A stretch of 64,000 nucleotides of DNA from the human T2T-CHM13v2.0 reference genome, Homo sapiens: assembly GCF_009914755.1 (NCBI RefSeq), contig NC_060946.1. One strand, 5' to 3'. The notes beneath the pieces were generated by a model. That model was not told the DNA's origin, did no database searches, and saw nothing but the letters and a program-made list of their open reading frames with translations. Shown here in pieces: positions 28,701 to 43,800 of this stretch. How positions within the stretch are numbered: the first letter of the stretch is position 1; each line of letters begins with the position of its first letter. The position numbers and the translations under genes are program-made.

Positions 28701-31700
28701 ATCAAATATATATTTTATTCTGTACATAAAATATCAAAGTACACCAGATATGTATTCTATAGTGTACATAAAATAACAAAGTACAAAAACTATAAATTAT
28801 ATTCTGTACATAAAATATGAAATTACATCAAATATATATTGGTACATAAAATATGAAAGTACATCCAATATAGATTATATACTGTACAGAAAATATCAAT
28901 GTACCACAAATATATATTTTATACTCTACATGAAATATCAAAGTTCACAAACCATATATTATATACTGTACATAAAATATCAAAGTACCCAAGGTATATA
29001 TTCTATACTGTACAAAAAATATCAAAGTACCCAAAGCATGTATTATATACTGTACATAAAATATGAAAGTACATCAAATATATATTTTATTCTGTACATA
29101 AAATATCAAAGTACACCAGATATATATTCTATAGTGTACATAAAATATCAAAGTACCCAAACTATACATTATATACTGTACATAAAATATGAAATTACAT
29201 CAAATATATATTATATTAGGTACATAAAATATGAAAGTACATCAAATATAGATTATATACTGTACATAAAATATCAAAGTACCCCAAATATATATTATAT
29301 ACTGTATATGAAATATCAAAGTTCACAAACTATATATTATATACTGTACATAAAATATTAAAGTACCCAAGGTATATATTCTATACTGCACAAAAAAATC
29401 AAAGTACCCAAAGCATGTATTATATACTGTATATAAAATATGAAAGTACATCAAATATATATTTTATTCTGTACATTATATATCAAAGTACACCAGATAT
29501 ATATTCTATAGTGTACATAAAATAACAAAGTACACAAACTATAAATTATATACTGTACATAAAATATGAAATTACATCAAATATATATTAGGTACATAAA
29601 ATATGAAAGTACATCAAATATAGATTATATACTGTACATAAAATATCAATGTACCCCAAATATATATTTTATACTCTACATGAAATATCAAAGTTCACAA
29701 ACCATATATTGTATACTGTACATAAAATATCAAAGTACCAAAGGTATGTATTCTATACTGTACAAAAAATATCAAAGTACCCAAAGCATGTATTATATAC
29801 TGTACATAAAATATGAAAGTACATCAAAAATATATATTTAATTCTGTACATAAAATATCAAAGTACACCAGATATATATTCTATAGTGTACATAAAATAT
29901 CAAAGTACCCAAACTATTTATTATATACTGTACATAAAATATGAAATTACATCAAATATGTATTATATTAGGAACATAAAATACGAAAGTACATCAAATA
30001 TAGATTATATACTGTACATAAAATATCAAAGTACCCCAAATATATATTATATACTCTACATGAAATATCAAAGTTCACAAACTATATATTATATACTGTA
30101 CATAAAATATCAAAGTACCCAAGGTATATATTCTATACTGTACAAAAAATATCAAAGTACCCAAAGCATGTATTATATACTGTACATAAAATATGAAAGT
30201 ACATCAAATATATATTTTATTCTGTACATAAAATATCAAGGTACACCAGATATATATTCTATAGTGTACATAAAATATCAAAGTACCCAAAGTATAAATT
30301 ATATACTGTACATAAAATATGAAATTACATCAAATATATATTATATTAGGTACATAAAATATGAAAGTACATCAAATATAGATTATATACTGTACATTAA
30401 ATACCAAAGTACCCCAAATATATATTTTATACTGTACATGAAATATCAAAGTTCACAAACTCTATGTTATATACTGTACATAAAATATCAAAGTACCCGA
30501 GGTATATATTCTATACTGTACAAAAAATATCAAAGTACCCAAAGCATGTATTATATACTGTACAAAAAATATGAAAGTACATCAAATATATATTTTATTC
30601 TGTACATAAAATATCAAAGTACACCAGATATATATTCTATAGTGTACATAAAATATAAAAGTACCCAAACTATACATTATATACTGTACATAAAATATGA
30701 AATTACATCAAATATATTTTATATTAGGTACATAAAATATGAAAGTACATCAAATATAGATTATATACTGTACATTAAATACCAAAGTACCCCAAATATA
30801 TATTTTATACTGTACATGAAATATCAAAGTTCACAAACTACATATTATATACTGTACATATAATATCAAAGTACCCGAGGTATATATTCTATACTGTACA
30901 AAAAATAACAAAGTACCAAAAGCATGTAATATATACTGTACCTAAAATATGAAAGTACATCAAATATATATTTTATTCTTTACATAAAATATCAAAGTAC
31001 ACCAGATATGTATTCTATAGTGTACATAAAATATCAAAGTACCCAAACTATACATTATATACTGTACATAAAATATGAAATTACATCAAATATATATTAG
31101 GTACATAAAATATGAAAGTACATCAAATATAGATTATATACTGTACATAAAATATCAAAGTACCCCAAATATATATTATATACTGTACATGAAATATCAG
31201 AGTTCACAAACTATATATTATATACTGTACATAAAATATCAAAGTACCCAAGGTATATATTCTATACTGTACAAAAAATATCAAAGTACCCAAAGCATGT
31301 ATTATATACTGTACATAAAATATGAAAGTATATCAAATATATATTTTATTCTGTACATAAAATATCAAAGTACACCAGATATGTATTCTATAGTGTACAT
31401 AAAATAACAAAGTACAAAAACTATAAAATATATACTGTACATAAAATATGAAATTACATCAAATATATATTAAGTACATAAAATATGAAAGTACATCAAA
31501 TATAGATTATATACTGTACATATAATATCAATGTACCCCAAATATATATTTTGTACTCTACATGAAATATCAAAGTTCACAAACCATATATTATATACTG
31601 TACATAAAATATCAAAGTACCCAAGTTATAAATTCTATACTATATAAAAAATATCAAAGTACCCAAAACATGTATTATATACTGTACATAAAATATGAAA

Positions 31701-34700
31701 GTACATCAAATATATATTTTATCCTTACATAAAATATCAAAGTACACCAGATATATATTCTATAGTGTACATAAAATATCAAAGTACCCAAACTATACAT
31801 TATATACTGTACATAAAATATGAGATTACATCAAATATATATTATATTAGGTACATAAAATATGAAAGTACATCAAATATAGATTATATACTGTACATAA
31901 AATATCAAAGTACCCCAAATATATATTATATAGTGTACATGAAATATCAAACTTCACAAACTATATATTATATACTGTACATAAAATATCAAAGTACCCA
32001 AGGTATATATTCTATCCTGTACAAAAAATATCAAAGTACCCAAAGCATGTATTATATACTGTACATAAAATATGAAAATACATCAAATATATATTTTATT
32101 CTGTACATAAAATATCAAAGTACACCAGATATATATTCTATAGTGTACATAAAATTACAAAGTACACAAACTATACATTATATACTGTACATAAAATATG
32201 AAATTACATCAAATATATATTAGGTACATAAAATATGAAAGTACATCAAATATAGATTATATACTGTACATAAAATATCAAAGTACCCCAAATATATATT
32301 TTGTACTCTACATGAAATATCAAAGTTCACAAACCATATATTATATAGTGTACATAAAATATCAAAGTACCCAAGGTATATATTCTATACTGTACAAAAA
32401 ATATCAAATTACCCAAAGCATGTATTATATACTGTACATAAAATATGAAAGTACATCAAATATATATTTTATTCTGTACATAAAATATCAAAGTACACCA
32501 GATATATATTCTATAGTGTACATAAAATATCAAAGTACCCAAACTATACATTATATACTGTACATAAAATATGAAATTACATCAAATATATATTATATTA
32601 GGTACATAAAATATGAAAGTACATCAAATATAGATTATATACTGTACATAAAATATCAAAGTACCCCAAATATATATTATATACTGTATATGAAATATCA
32701 AAGTTCACAAACTATATATTATATACTGTACATAAAATATTAAAGTACCCAAGGTATATATTCTATACTGCACAAAAAAATCAAAGTACCCAAAGCATGT
32801 ATTATATACTGTATATAAAATATGAAAGTACATCAAATATATATTTTATTCTGTACATTATATATCAAAGTACACCAGATATATATTCTATAGTGTACAT
32901 AAAATAACAAAGTACACAAACTATAAATTATATACTGTACATAAAATATGAAATTACATCAAATATATATTAGGTACATAAAATATGAAAGTACATCAAA
33001 TATAGATTATATACTGTACATAAAATATCAATGTACCCCAAATATATATTTTATACTCTACATGAAATATCAAAGTTCACAAACCATATATTGTATACTG
33101 TACATAAAATATCAAAGTACCAAAGGTATGTATTCTATACTGTACAAAAAATATCAAAGTACCCAAAGCATGTATTATATACTGTACATAAAATATGAAA
33201 GTACATCAAAAATATATATTTAATTCTGTACATAAAATATCAAAGTACACCAGATATATATTCTATAGTGTACATAAAATATCAAAGTACCCAAACTATT
33301 TATTATATACTGTACATAAAATATGAAATTACATCAAATATGTATTATATTAGGAACATAAAATACGAAAGAACATCAAATATAGATTATATACTGTACA
33401 TAAAATATCAAAGTACCCCAAATATATATTATATACTCTACATGAAATATCAAAGTTCACAAACTATATATTATATACTGTACATAAAATATCAAAGTAC
33501 CCAAGGTATATATTCTATACTGTACAAAAAATATCAAAGTACCCAAAGCATGTATTATATACTGTACATAAAATATGAAAGTACATCAAATATATATTTT
33601 ATTCTGTACATAAAATATCAAGGTACACCAGATATATATTCTATAGTGTACATAAAATATCAAAGTACCCAAAGTATAAATTATATACTGTACATAAAAT
33701 ATGAAATTACATCAAATATATATTATTTTAGGTACATAAAATATGAAAGTACATCAAATATAGATTATATACTGTACATTAAATACCAAAGTACCCCAAA
33801 TATATATTTTATACTGTACATGAAATATCAAAGTTCACAAACTATATGTTATATACTGTACATAAAATATCAAAGTACCCGAGGTATATATTCTATACTG
33901 TACAAAAAATATCAAAGTACCCAAAGCATGTATTATATACTGTACATAAAATATGAAAGTACATCAAATATATATTTTATTCTGTACATAAAATATCAAA
34001 GTACACCAGATATATATTCTATAGTGTACATAAAATATAAAAGTACCCAAACTATACATTATATACTGTACATAAAATATGAAATTACATCAAATATATT
34101 TTATATTAGGTACATAAAATATGAAAGTACATCAAATATAGATTATATACTGTACATTAAATACCAAAGTACCCCAAATATATATTTTATACTGTACATG
34201 AAATATCAAAGTTCACAAACTACATATTATATACTGTACATATAATATCAAAGTACCCGAGGTATATATTCTATAGTGTACAAAAAATAACAAATTACCA
34301 AAAGCATGTAATATATACTGTACCTAAAATATGAAAGTACATCAAATATATATTTTATTCTTTACATAAAATATCAAAGTACACCAGATATATATTCTAT
34401 AGTGTACATAAAATATCAAAGTACCCAAACTATACATTATATACTGTACATAAAATATGAAATTACATCAAATATATATTAGGTACATAAAATATGAAAG
34501 TACATCAAATATAGATTATATACTGTACATAAAATATCAAAGTACCCCAAATATATATTATATACTGTACATGAAATATCAGAGTTCACAAACTATATAT
34601 TATATACTGTACATAAAATATCAAAGTACCCAAGGTATATATTCTATACTGTACAAAAAATATCAAAGTACCCAAAGCATGTATTATATACTGTACATAA

Positions 34701-34800
34701 AATATGAAAGTACATCAAATATATATTTTATTCTGTACATAAAATATCAAAGTACACCAGATATGTATTCTATAGTGTACATAAAATAACAAAGTACAAA
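22740..34800 (+). repeat. 6013-bp (16-HOR) near-perfect tandem duplication, each copy made of related 3382-bp and 2631-bp subunits
   Basis: Nine ORF pairs with identical translations are offset by exactly 6013 (22917/28930, 23553/29566, 23873/29886, 25062/31075, 25752/31765, 26185/32198, 26935/32948, 27255/33268, 28444/34457). 3382 = 9x378-20 and 2631 = 7x378-15, and the visible indels sum to these values. Confidence 0.93.
22957..23334 (+). repeat. Representative canonical 9-mer higher-order repeat (378 bp), monomer order G-S-F-D-H-R-N-P-M
   Basis: The G monomer starts at 22957 and again at 23335 (378 bp = 9x42). The same order recurs throughout the window, e.g. ORF starts 6603/6981 and 9249/9627/10005 are 378 apart. 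The 378-bp 9-mer is the known HSat1A periodicity. Confidence 0.95.
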
Positions 34801-37800
34801 AACTATAAAATATATACTGTACATAAAATATGAAATTACATCAAATATATATTAAGTACATAAAATATGAAAGTACATCAAATATAGATTATATACTGTA
34901 CATAAAATATCAATGTACCCCAAATATATATGTTATACTCGACATGAAATATCAAAGTTCACAAACCATATATTATATACTGTACATAAAATATCAAAGT
35001 ACCCAAGTTATAAATTCTATACTATACAAAAAATATCAAAGTACCCAAAACATGTATTATATACTGTACATAAAATATGAAAGTACATCAAATATATATT
35101 TTATTCTTTACATAAAATATCAAAGTACACCAGATATATATTCTATAGTGTACATAAAATATCAAAGTACCCAAACTATACATTATATACTGTACATAAA
35201 ATATGAGATTACATCAAATATATATTATATTAGGTACATAAAATATGAAAGTACATCAAATATAGATTATATACTGTACATAAAATATCAAAGAACCCCA
35301 AATATATATTATATACTCTACATGAAATATCAAAGTTCACAAACTATATATTATATACTGTACATAAAATATCAAAGTACCCAAGGTATATATTCTATAC
35401 TGTACAAAAAATATCAAAGTACCCAAAGCATGTATTATATACTGTACATAAAATATGAAATTACATCAAATATATATTTTATTCTGTACATAAAATATCA
35501 AAGTACACCAGATATATATTCTATAGTGTACATAAAATTACAAAGTACACAAACTATACATTATATACTGTACATAAAATATGAAATTACATCAAATATA
35601 TATTAGGTACATAAAATATGAAAGTACATCAAATATAGATTATATACTGTACATAAAATATCAAAGTACCCCAAATATATATTTTGTACTCTACATGAAA
35701 TATCAAAGTTCACAAACCATATATTATATAGTGTACATAAAATATCAAAGTACCCAAGGTATATATTCTATACTGTACAAAAAATATCAAAGTACCCAAA
35801 GCCTGTATTATATACTGTACATAAAATATGAAAGTACATCAAATATATATTTTATTCTGTACATAAAATATCAAAGTACACCAGATATATATTCTATAGT
35901 GTACATAAAATATCAAAGTACCCAAACTATACATTATATACTGTACATAAAATATGAAATTACATCAAATATATATTAAGTACATAAAATATGAAAGTAC
36001 ATCAAATATATATTATATACTGTACATAAAATATCAAAGTACCCAAGGTATATATTCTATACTGTACAAAAAATATCAAAGTACCCAAAGCTTGTATTAT
36101 ATACTGTACATAAAATATGAAAGTACATCAAAAATATATATTTAATTCTGTACATAAAATATCAAAGTACACCAGATATATATTCTATAGTGTACATAAA
36201 ATATCAAAGTACCCAAACTATTTATTATATACTGTACATAAAATATGAAATTACATCCAATATATATTATATTAGGAACATAAAATACGAAAGTACATCA
36301 AATATAGATTATATACTGTACATAAAATATCAAAGTACCCCAAATATATATTATATACTCTACATGAAATATCAAAGTTCACAAACTATATATTATATAC
36401 TGTACATAAAATATCAAAGTACCCAAGGTATATATTCTATACTGTACAAAAAATATCAAAGTACCCAAAGCATGTATTATATACTGTACATAAAATATGA
36501 AAGTACATCAAATATATATTTTATTCTGTACATAAAATATCAAGGTACACCAGATATATATTCTATAGTGTACATAAAATATCAAAGTACCCAAAGTATA
36601 AATTATATACTGTACATAAAATATGAAATTACATCAAATATATATTATATTAGGTACATAAAATATGAAAGTACATCAAATATAGATTATATACTGTACA
36701 TTAAATACCAAAGTACCCCAAATATATATTTTATACTGTACATGAAATATCAAAGTTCACAAACTATATGTTATATACTGTACATAAAATATCAAAGTAC
36801 CCGAGGTATATATTCTATACTGTACAAAAAATATCAAAGTACCCAAAGCATGTATTATATACTGTACATAAAATATGAAAGTACATCAAATATATATTTT
36901 ATTCTGTACATAAAATATCAAAGTACACCAGATATATATTCTATAGTGTACATAAAATATAAAAGTACCCAAACTATACATCATATACTGTACATAATAT
37001 ATGAAATTACATCAAATATATTTTATATTAGGTACATAAAATATGAAAGTACATCAAATATAGATTATATACTGTACATTAAATACCAAAGTACCCCAAA
37101 TATATATTTTATACTGTACATGAAATATCAAAGTTCACAAACTACATATTATATACTGTACATATAATATCAAAGTACCCGAGGTATATATTCTATACTG
37201 TACAAAAAATAACAAAGTACCAAAAGCATGTAATATATACTGTACCTAAAATATGAAAGTACATCAAATATATATTTTATTCTTTACATAAAATATCAAA
37301 GTACACCAGATATATATTCTATAGTGTACATAAAATATCAAAGTACCCAAACTATACATTATATACTGTACATAAAATATGAAATTACATCAAATATATA
37401 TTAGGTACATAAAATATGAAAGTACATCAAATATAGATTATATACTGTACATAAAATATCAAAGTACCCCAAATATATATTATATACTGTATATGAAATA
37501 TCAGAGTTCACAAACTATATATTATATTCTGTACATAAAATATCAAAGTACCCAAGGTATATATTCTATACTGTACAAAAAATATCAAAGTACCCAAAGC
37601 ATGTATTATATACTGTACAAAAAATATGAAAGTACATCAAATATATATTTTATTCTGTACATAATATATCAAAGTACACCAGATATATATTCTATTGTGT
37701 ACATAAAGTATCAAAGTACCCAAACTATTTATTATATACTGTACATGAAATATGAAATTACATCAAATATATATTATATTAGGTACATAAAATATGAAAG

Positions 37801-40800
37801 TACATCAAATATAGATTATATACTGTACATTAAATACCAAAGTACCCCAAATATATATTTTATACTGTACATGAAATATCAAAGTTCACAAACTATATAT
37901 TATATACTGTACATAAAATATCAAAGTACCCAAGGTATATATTCTATACTGTACAAAAAATATCAAAGTACCCACAGCATGTATTATATACTGTACATAA
38001 AATATGAAAGTACATCAAATACATATATTATTCTGTACATAAAATATCAAAGTACACCAGATATATATTCCATAGTGTACATAAAATATCAAAGTACCCA
38101 AACTATACATTATATACTGTACATAAAATATGAAATTACATCAAATTTATATTAGGTACATAAAATATGAAAGTACATCAAATATAGATTATATACTGTA
38201 CATAAAATATCAAAGTACCCCAAAATATATATTATATACTCTACATGAAATATCAAAGTTCACAAACTATATATTATATACTGTACATAAAATATCATAT
38301 TACCCAAGGTATATATTCTATACTGTGCAAAAAATATCAAAGTACCCAAAGCATGTATTATATACTGTATATAAAATATGAAAGTACATCCAATATATAT
38401 TTTATTCTGTACAAAAAATATCAAAGTACACCAGATATATATTCTATAGTGTACATAAAATAACAAAGTACAAAAACTATAAAATATATACTGTACATAA
38501 AATATGAAATTACATCAAATATATATTAAGTACATAAAATATGAAAGTACATCAAATATAGATTATATACTGTACATAAAATATCAATGTACCCCAAATA
38601 TATATGTTATACTCTACATGAAATATCAAAGTTCACAAACCATATATTATATACTGTATATAAAATATCAAAGTACCCAAGTTATATATTCTATACTATA
38701 CAAAAAATATCAAAGTACCCAAAGCATGTATTATATACTGTACATAAAATATGAAAGTACATCAAATATATATTTTATTATTTACATAAAATATCAAAGT
38801 ACACCAGATATATATTCTATAGTGTACATAAAATATCAAAGTACCCAAACTATACATTATATACTGTACATAAAATATGAGATTACATCAAATATATATT
38901 ATATTAGGTACATAAAATATGAAAGTACATCAAATATAGATTATATACTGTACATAAAATATCAAAGTACCCCAAATATATATTATATACTCTAAATGAA
39001 ATATCAAAGTTCACAAACTATATATTATATACTGTACATAAAATATCAAAGTACCCAAGGTATATATTCTATACTGTACAAAAAATATCAAAGTACCCAA
39101 AGCATGTATTATATACTGTACATAAAATATGAAATTACATCAAATATATATTTTATTCTGTACATAAAATATCAAAGTACACCAGATATATATTCTATAG
39201 TGTACATAAAATTACAAAGTACACAAACTATACATTATATACTGTACATAAAATATGAAATTACATCAAATATATATTAGGTACATAAAATATGAAAGTA
39301 CATCAAATGTAGATTATATACTGTACATAAAATATCAAAGTACCCCAAATATATATTATATACTCTACATGAAATATCAAAGTTCACAAACTATATATTA
39401 TATACTGTATATAAAATATCAAAGTACCCAAGGTATATATTCTATACTGTACAAAAAATATCAAAGTTCCCAAAGCATGTATTATATACTGTATATAAAA
39501 TATGAAAGCACATCAAATATATATTTTATTCTGTACATAAAATATCAAAGTACACCAGATATATATTCTATAGTGTACATAAAATATCAAAGTACCCAAA
39601 CTATACATTATATACTGTACATAAAATATGAAATTACATCAAATATATATTATATTAGGTACATAAAATATGAAAGTACATCAAATATAGATTACATACT
39701 GTACATAAAATATCAAAGTACCCCAAATATGTATTATATACTCTACATGAAATATCAAAGTTCACAAACTATATATTATATACTGTACATAAAATATCAA
39801 AGTACCCAAGGTATATATTCTATAATGTAAAAAAAATATCAAAGTACCCAAAGCATGTATTATATCCTGTACATAAAATATGAAAGTACATCAAGTATAT
39901 ATTTTATTCTGTACATAAAATATCAAAGTACACCAGATATATATTCTATAGTGTACATAAAATAACAAAGTACACAAACTATACATTATATACTGTACAT
40001 AAAATATGAAATTACATCAAATATATATTAGGTACATAAAATATGAAAGTACATCAAATATAGGTTATATACTGTACATAAAATATCAAAGTACCCCAAA
40101 TATATATTATATACTCTACATGAAATATCAAAGTTCACAAACTATATATTATATACTGTACATAAAATATCAAAGTACCCAAAGTATATATTCTATACTG
40201 TACAAAAAATATCAAAGTACCCAAAGCATGTATTATATACTGTATATAAAATATGAAAGTACATCAAATATATATTTTATTCTGTACATAAAATATAAAA
40301 GTACACCAGATATATATTCTATAGTGTACATAAAATATCAAAGTATGCAAACTATACATTATATACTGTACATAAAATATGAAATCACATCAAATATATA
40401 TTATATTAGGTACATAAAATATGAAAGTACATCAAATATAGATTATATACTGTACATTAAATACCAAAGTACCCCAAATATATATTTTATACTGTACATG
40501 AAATATCAAAGTTCACAAACTATATGTTATATACTGTACATAAAATATCAAAGTACCCGAGGTATATATTCTATACTGTACAAAAAATATCAAAGTACCC
40601 AAAGCATGTATTATATACTGTACATAAAATATGAAACTACATCAAATATATATTTTATTCTGTACATAAAATATCAAAGTACACCAGATATATATTCTAT
40701 AGTGTACATAAAATATAAAAGTACCCAAACTATACATTATATACTGTACATAAAATATGAAATTACATCAAATATATTTTATATTAGGTACATAAAATAT

Positions 40801-43800
40801 GAAAGTACATCAAATATAGATTATATACTGTACATTAAATACCAAAGTACCCCAAATATATATTTTATACTGTACATGAAATATCAAAGTTCACAAACTA
40901 CATATTATATACTGTACATATAATATCAAAGTACCCGAGGTATATATTCTATACTGTACAAAAAATAACAAAGTACCAAAAGCATGTAATATATACTGTA
41001 CCTAAAATATGAAAGTACATCAAATATATATTTTATTCTTTACATAAAATATCAAAGTACACCAGATATATATTCTATAGTGTACATAAAATATCAAAGT
41101 ACCCAAACTATACATTATATACTGTACATAAAATATGAAATTACATCAAATATATATTAGGTACATAAAATATGAAAGTACATCAAATATAGATTATATA
41201 CTGTACATAAAATATCAAAGTACCCCAAATATATATTATATACTGTACATGAAATATCAGAGTTCACAAACTATATATTATATACTGTACATAAAATATC
41301 AAAGTACCCAAGGTATATATTCTATACTGTACAAAAAATATCAAAGTACCCAAAGCATGTATTATATACTGTACATAAAATATGAAAGTACATCAAATAT
41401 ATATTTTATTCTGTACATAAAATATCAAAGTACACCAGATATATATTCTATAGTGTACATAAAATATCAAAGTACCCAAACTATACATTATATACTGTAC
41501 ATAAAATATGAAATTACATCAAATATATATTAAGTACATAAAATATGAAAGTACATCAAATATAGATTATATACTGTACATAAAATATCAATGTACCCCA
41601 AATATATATGTTATACTCTACATGAAATATCAAAGTTCACAAACCATATATTATATACTCTACATAAAATATCAAAGTACCCAAGTTATAAATTGTATAC
41701 TATACAAAAAATATCAAAGTACCCAAAGCATGTATTATATACTGTACATAAAATATGAAAGTACATCAAATATATATTTTATTCTTTACATAAAATATCA
41801 AAGTACACCAGATATATATTCTATAGTGTACATAAAATATCAAAGTACCCAAACTATACATTATATACTGTACATAAAATATGAGATTACATCAAATATA
41901 TATTATATTAGGTACATAAAATATGAAAGTACATCAAATATAGATTATATACTGTACATAAAATATCAAAGTACCCCAAATATATATTATATACTTTACA
42001 TGAAATATCAAAGTTCACAAACTATATATTATATACTGTACATAAAATATCAAAGTACCCAAGGTATATATTCTATACTGTACAAAAAATATCAAAGTAC
42101 CCATAGCATGTATTATATACTGTACATAAAATATGAAATTGCATCAAATATATATTTTATTCTGTACATAAAATATCAAAGTACACCAGATATATATTCT
42201 ATAGTGTACATAAAATTACAAAGTACACAAACTATACATTATATACTGTACATAAAATATGAAATTACATCAAATATATATTAGGTACATAAAATATGAA
42301 AGTACATCAAATATAGATTATATACTGTACATAAAATATCAAAGTACCCCAAATATATATTTTGTACTCTACATGAAATATCAAAGTTCACAAACCATAT
42401 ATTATATAGTGTACATAAAATATCAAAGTACCCAAGGTATATATTCTATACTGTACAAAAAATATCAAAGTACCCAAAGCCTGTATTATATACTGTACAT
42501 AAAATATGAAAGTACATCAAATATATATTTTATTCTGTACATAAAATATCAAAGTACACCAGATATATATTCTATAGTGTACATAAAATATCAAAGTACC
42601 CAAACTATACATTATATACTGTACATAAAATATGAAATTACATCAAATATATATTATATTAGGTACATAAAATATGAAAGTACATCAAATATAGATTATA
42701 TACTGTACATAAAATATCAAAGTACCCCAAATATATATTATATACTGTACATGAAATATCAAACTTCACAAACTATATATTATATACTGTACATAAAATA
42801 GCAAAGTACCCAAGGTATATATTCTATCCTGTACAAAAAATATCAAAGTACCCAAAGCATGTATTATATACTGTACATAAAATATGAAATTACATCAAAT
42901 ATATATTTTATTCTGTACATAAAATATCAAAGTACACCAGATATATATTCTATAGTGTACATAACATAACAAAGTACAAAAACTATAAATTATATACTGT
43001 ACATAAAATATGAAATTACATCAAATATATATTGGTACATAAAATATGAAAGTACATCCAGTATAGATTATATACTGTACATAAAATATCAATGTACCAC
43101 AAATATATATTTTATACTCTACATGAAATATCAAAGTTCACAAACCATATATTATATACTGTACATAAAATATCAAAGTACCCAAGGTATATATTCTATA
43201 CTGTACAAAAAATATCAAAGTACCCAAAGCATGTATTATATACTGTACATAAAATATGAAAGTACATCAAATATATATTTTATTCTGTACATAAAATATC
43301 AAAGTACACCAGATATATATTCTATAGTGTACATAAAATATCAAAGTACCCAAACTATACATTATATACTGTACATAAAATATGAAATTACATCAAATAT
43401 ATATTATATTAGGTACATAAAATATGAAAGTACATCAAATATAGATTATATACTGTACATAAAATATCAAAGTACCCCAAATATATATTATATACTGTAT
43501 ATGAAATATCAAAGTTCACAAACTATATATTATATACTGTACATAAAATATTAAAGTACCCAAGGTATATATTCTATACTGCACAAAAAAATCAAAGTAC
43601 CCAAAGCATGTATTATATACTGTATATAAAATATGAAAGTACATCAAATATATATTTTATTCTGTACAAAAAATATCAAAGTACACCAGATATATATTCT
43701 ATAGTGTACATAAAATAACAAAGTACAAAAACTATAAAATATATACTGTACATAAAATATGAAATTACATCAAATATATATTAAGTACATAAAATATGAA

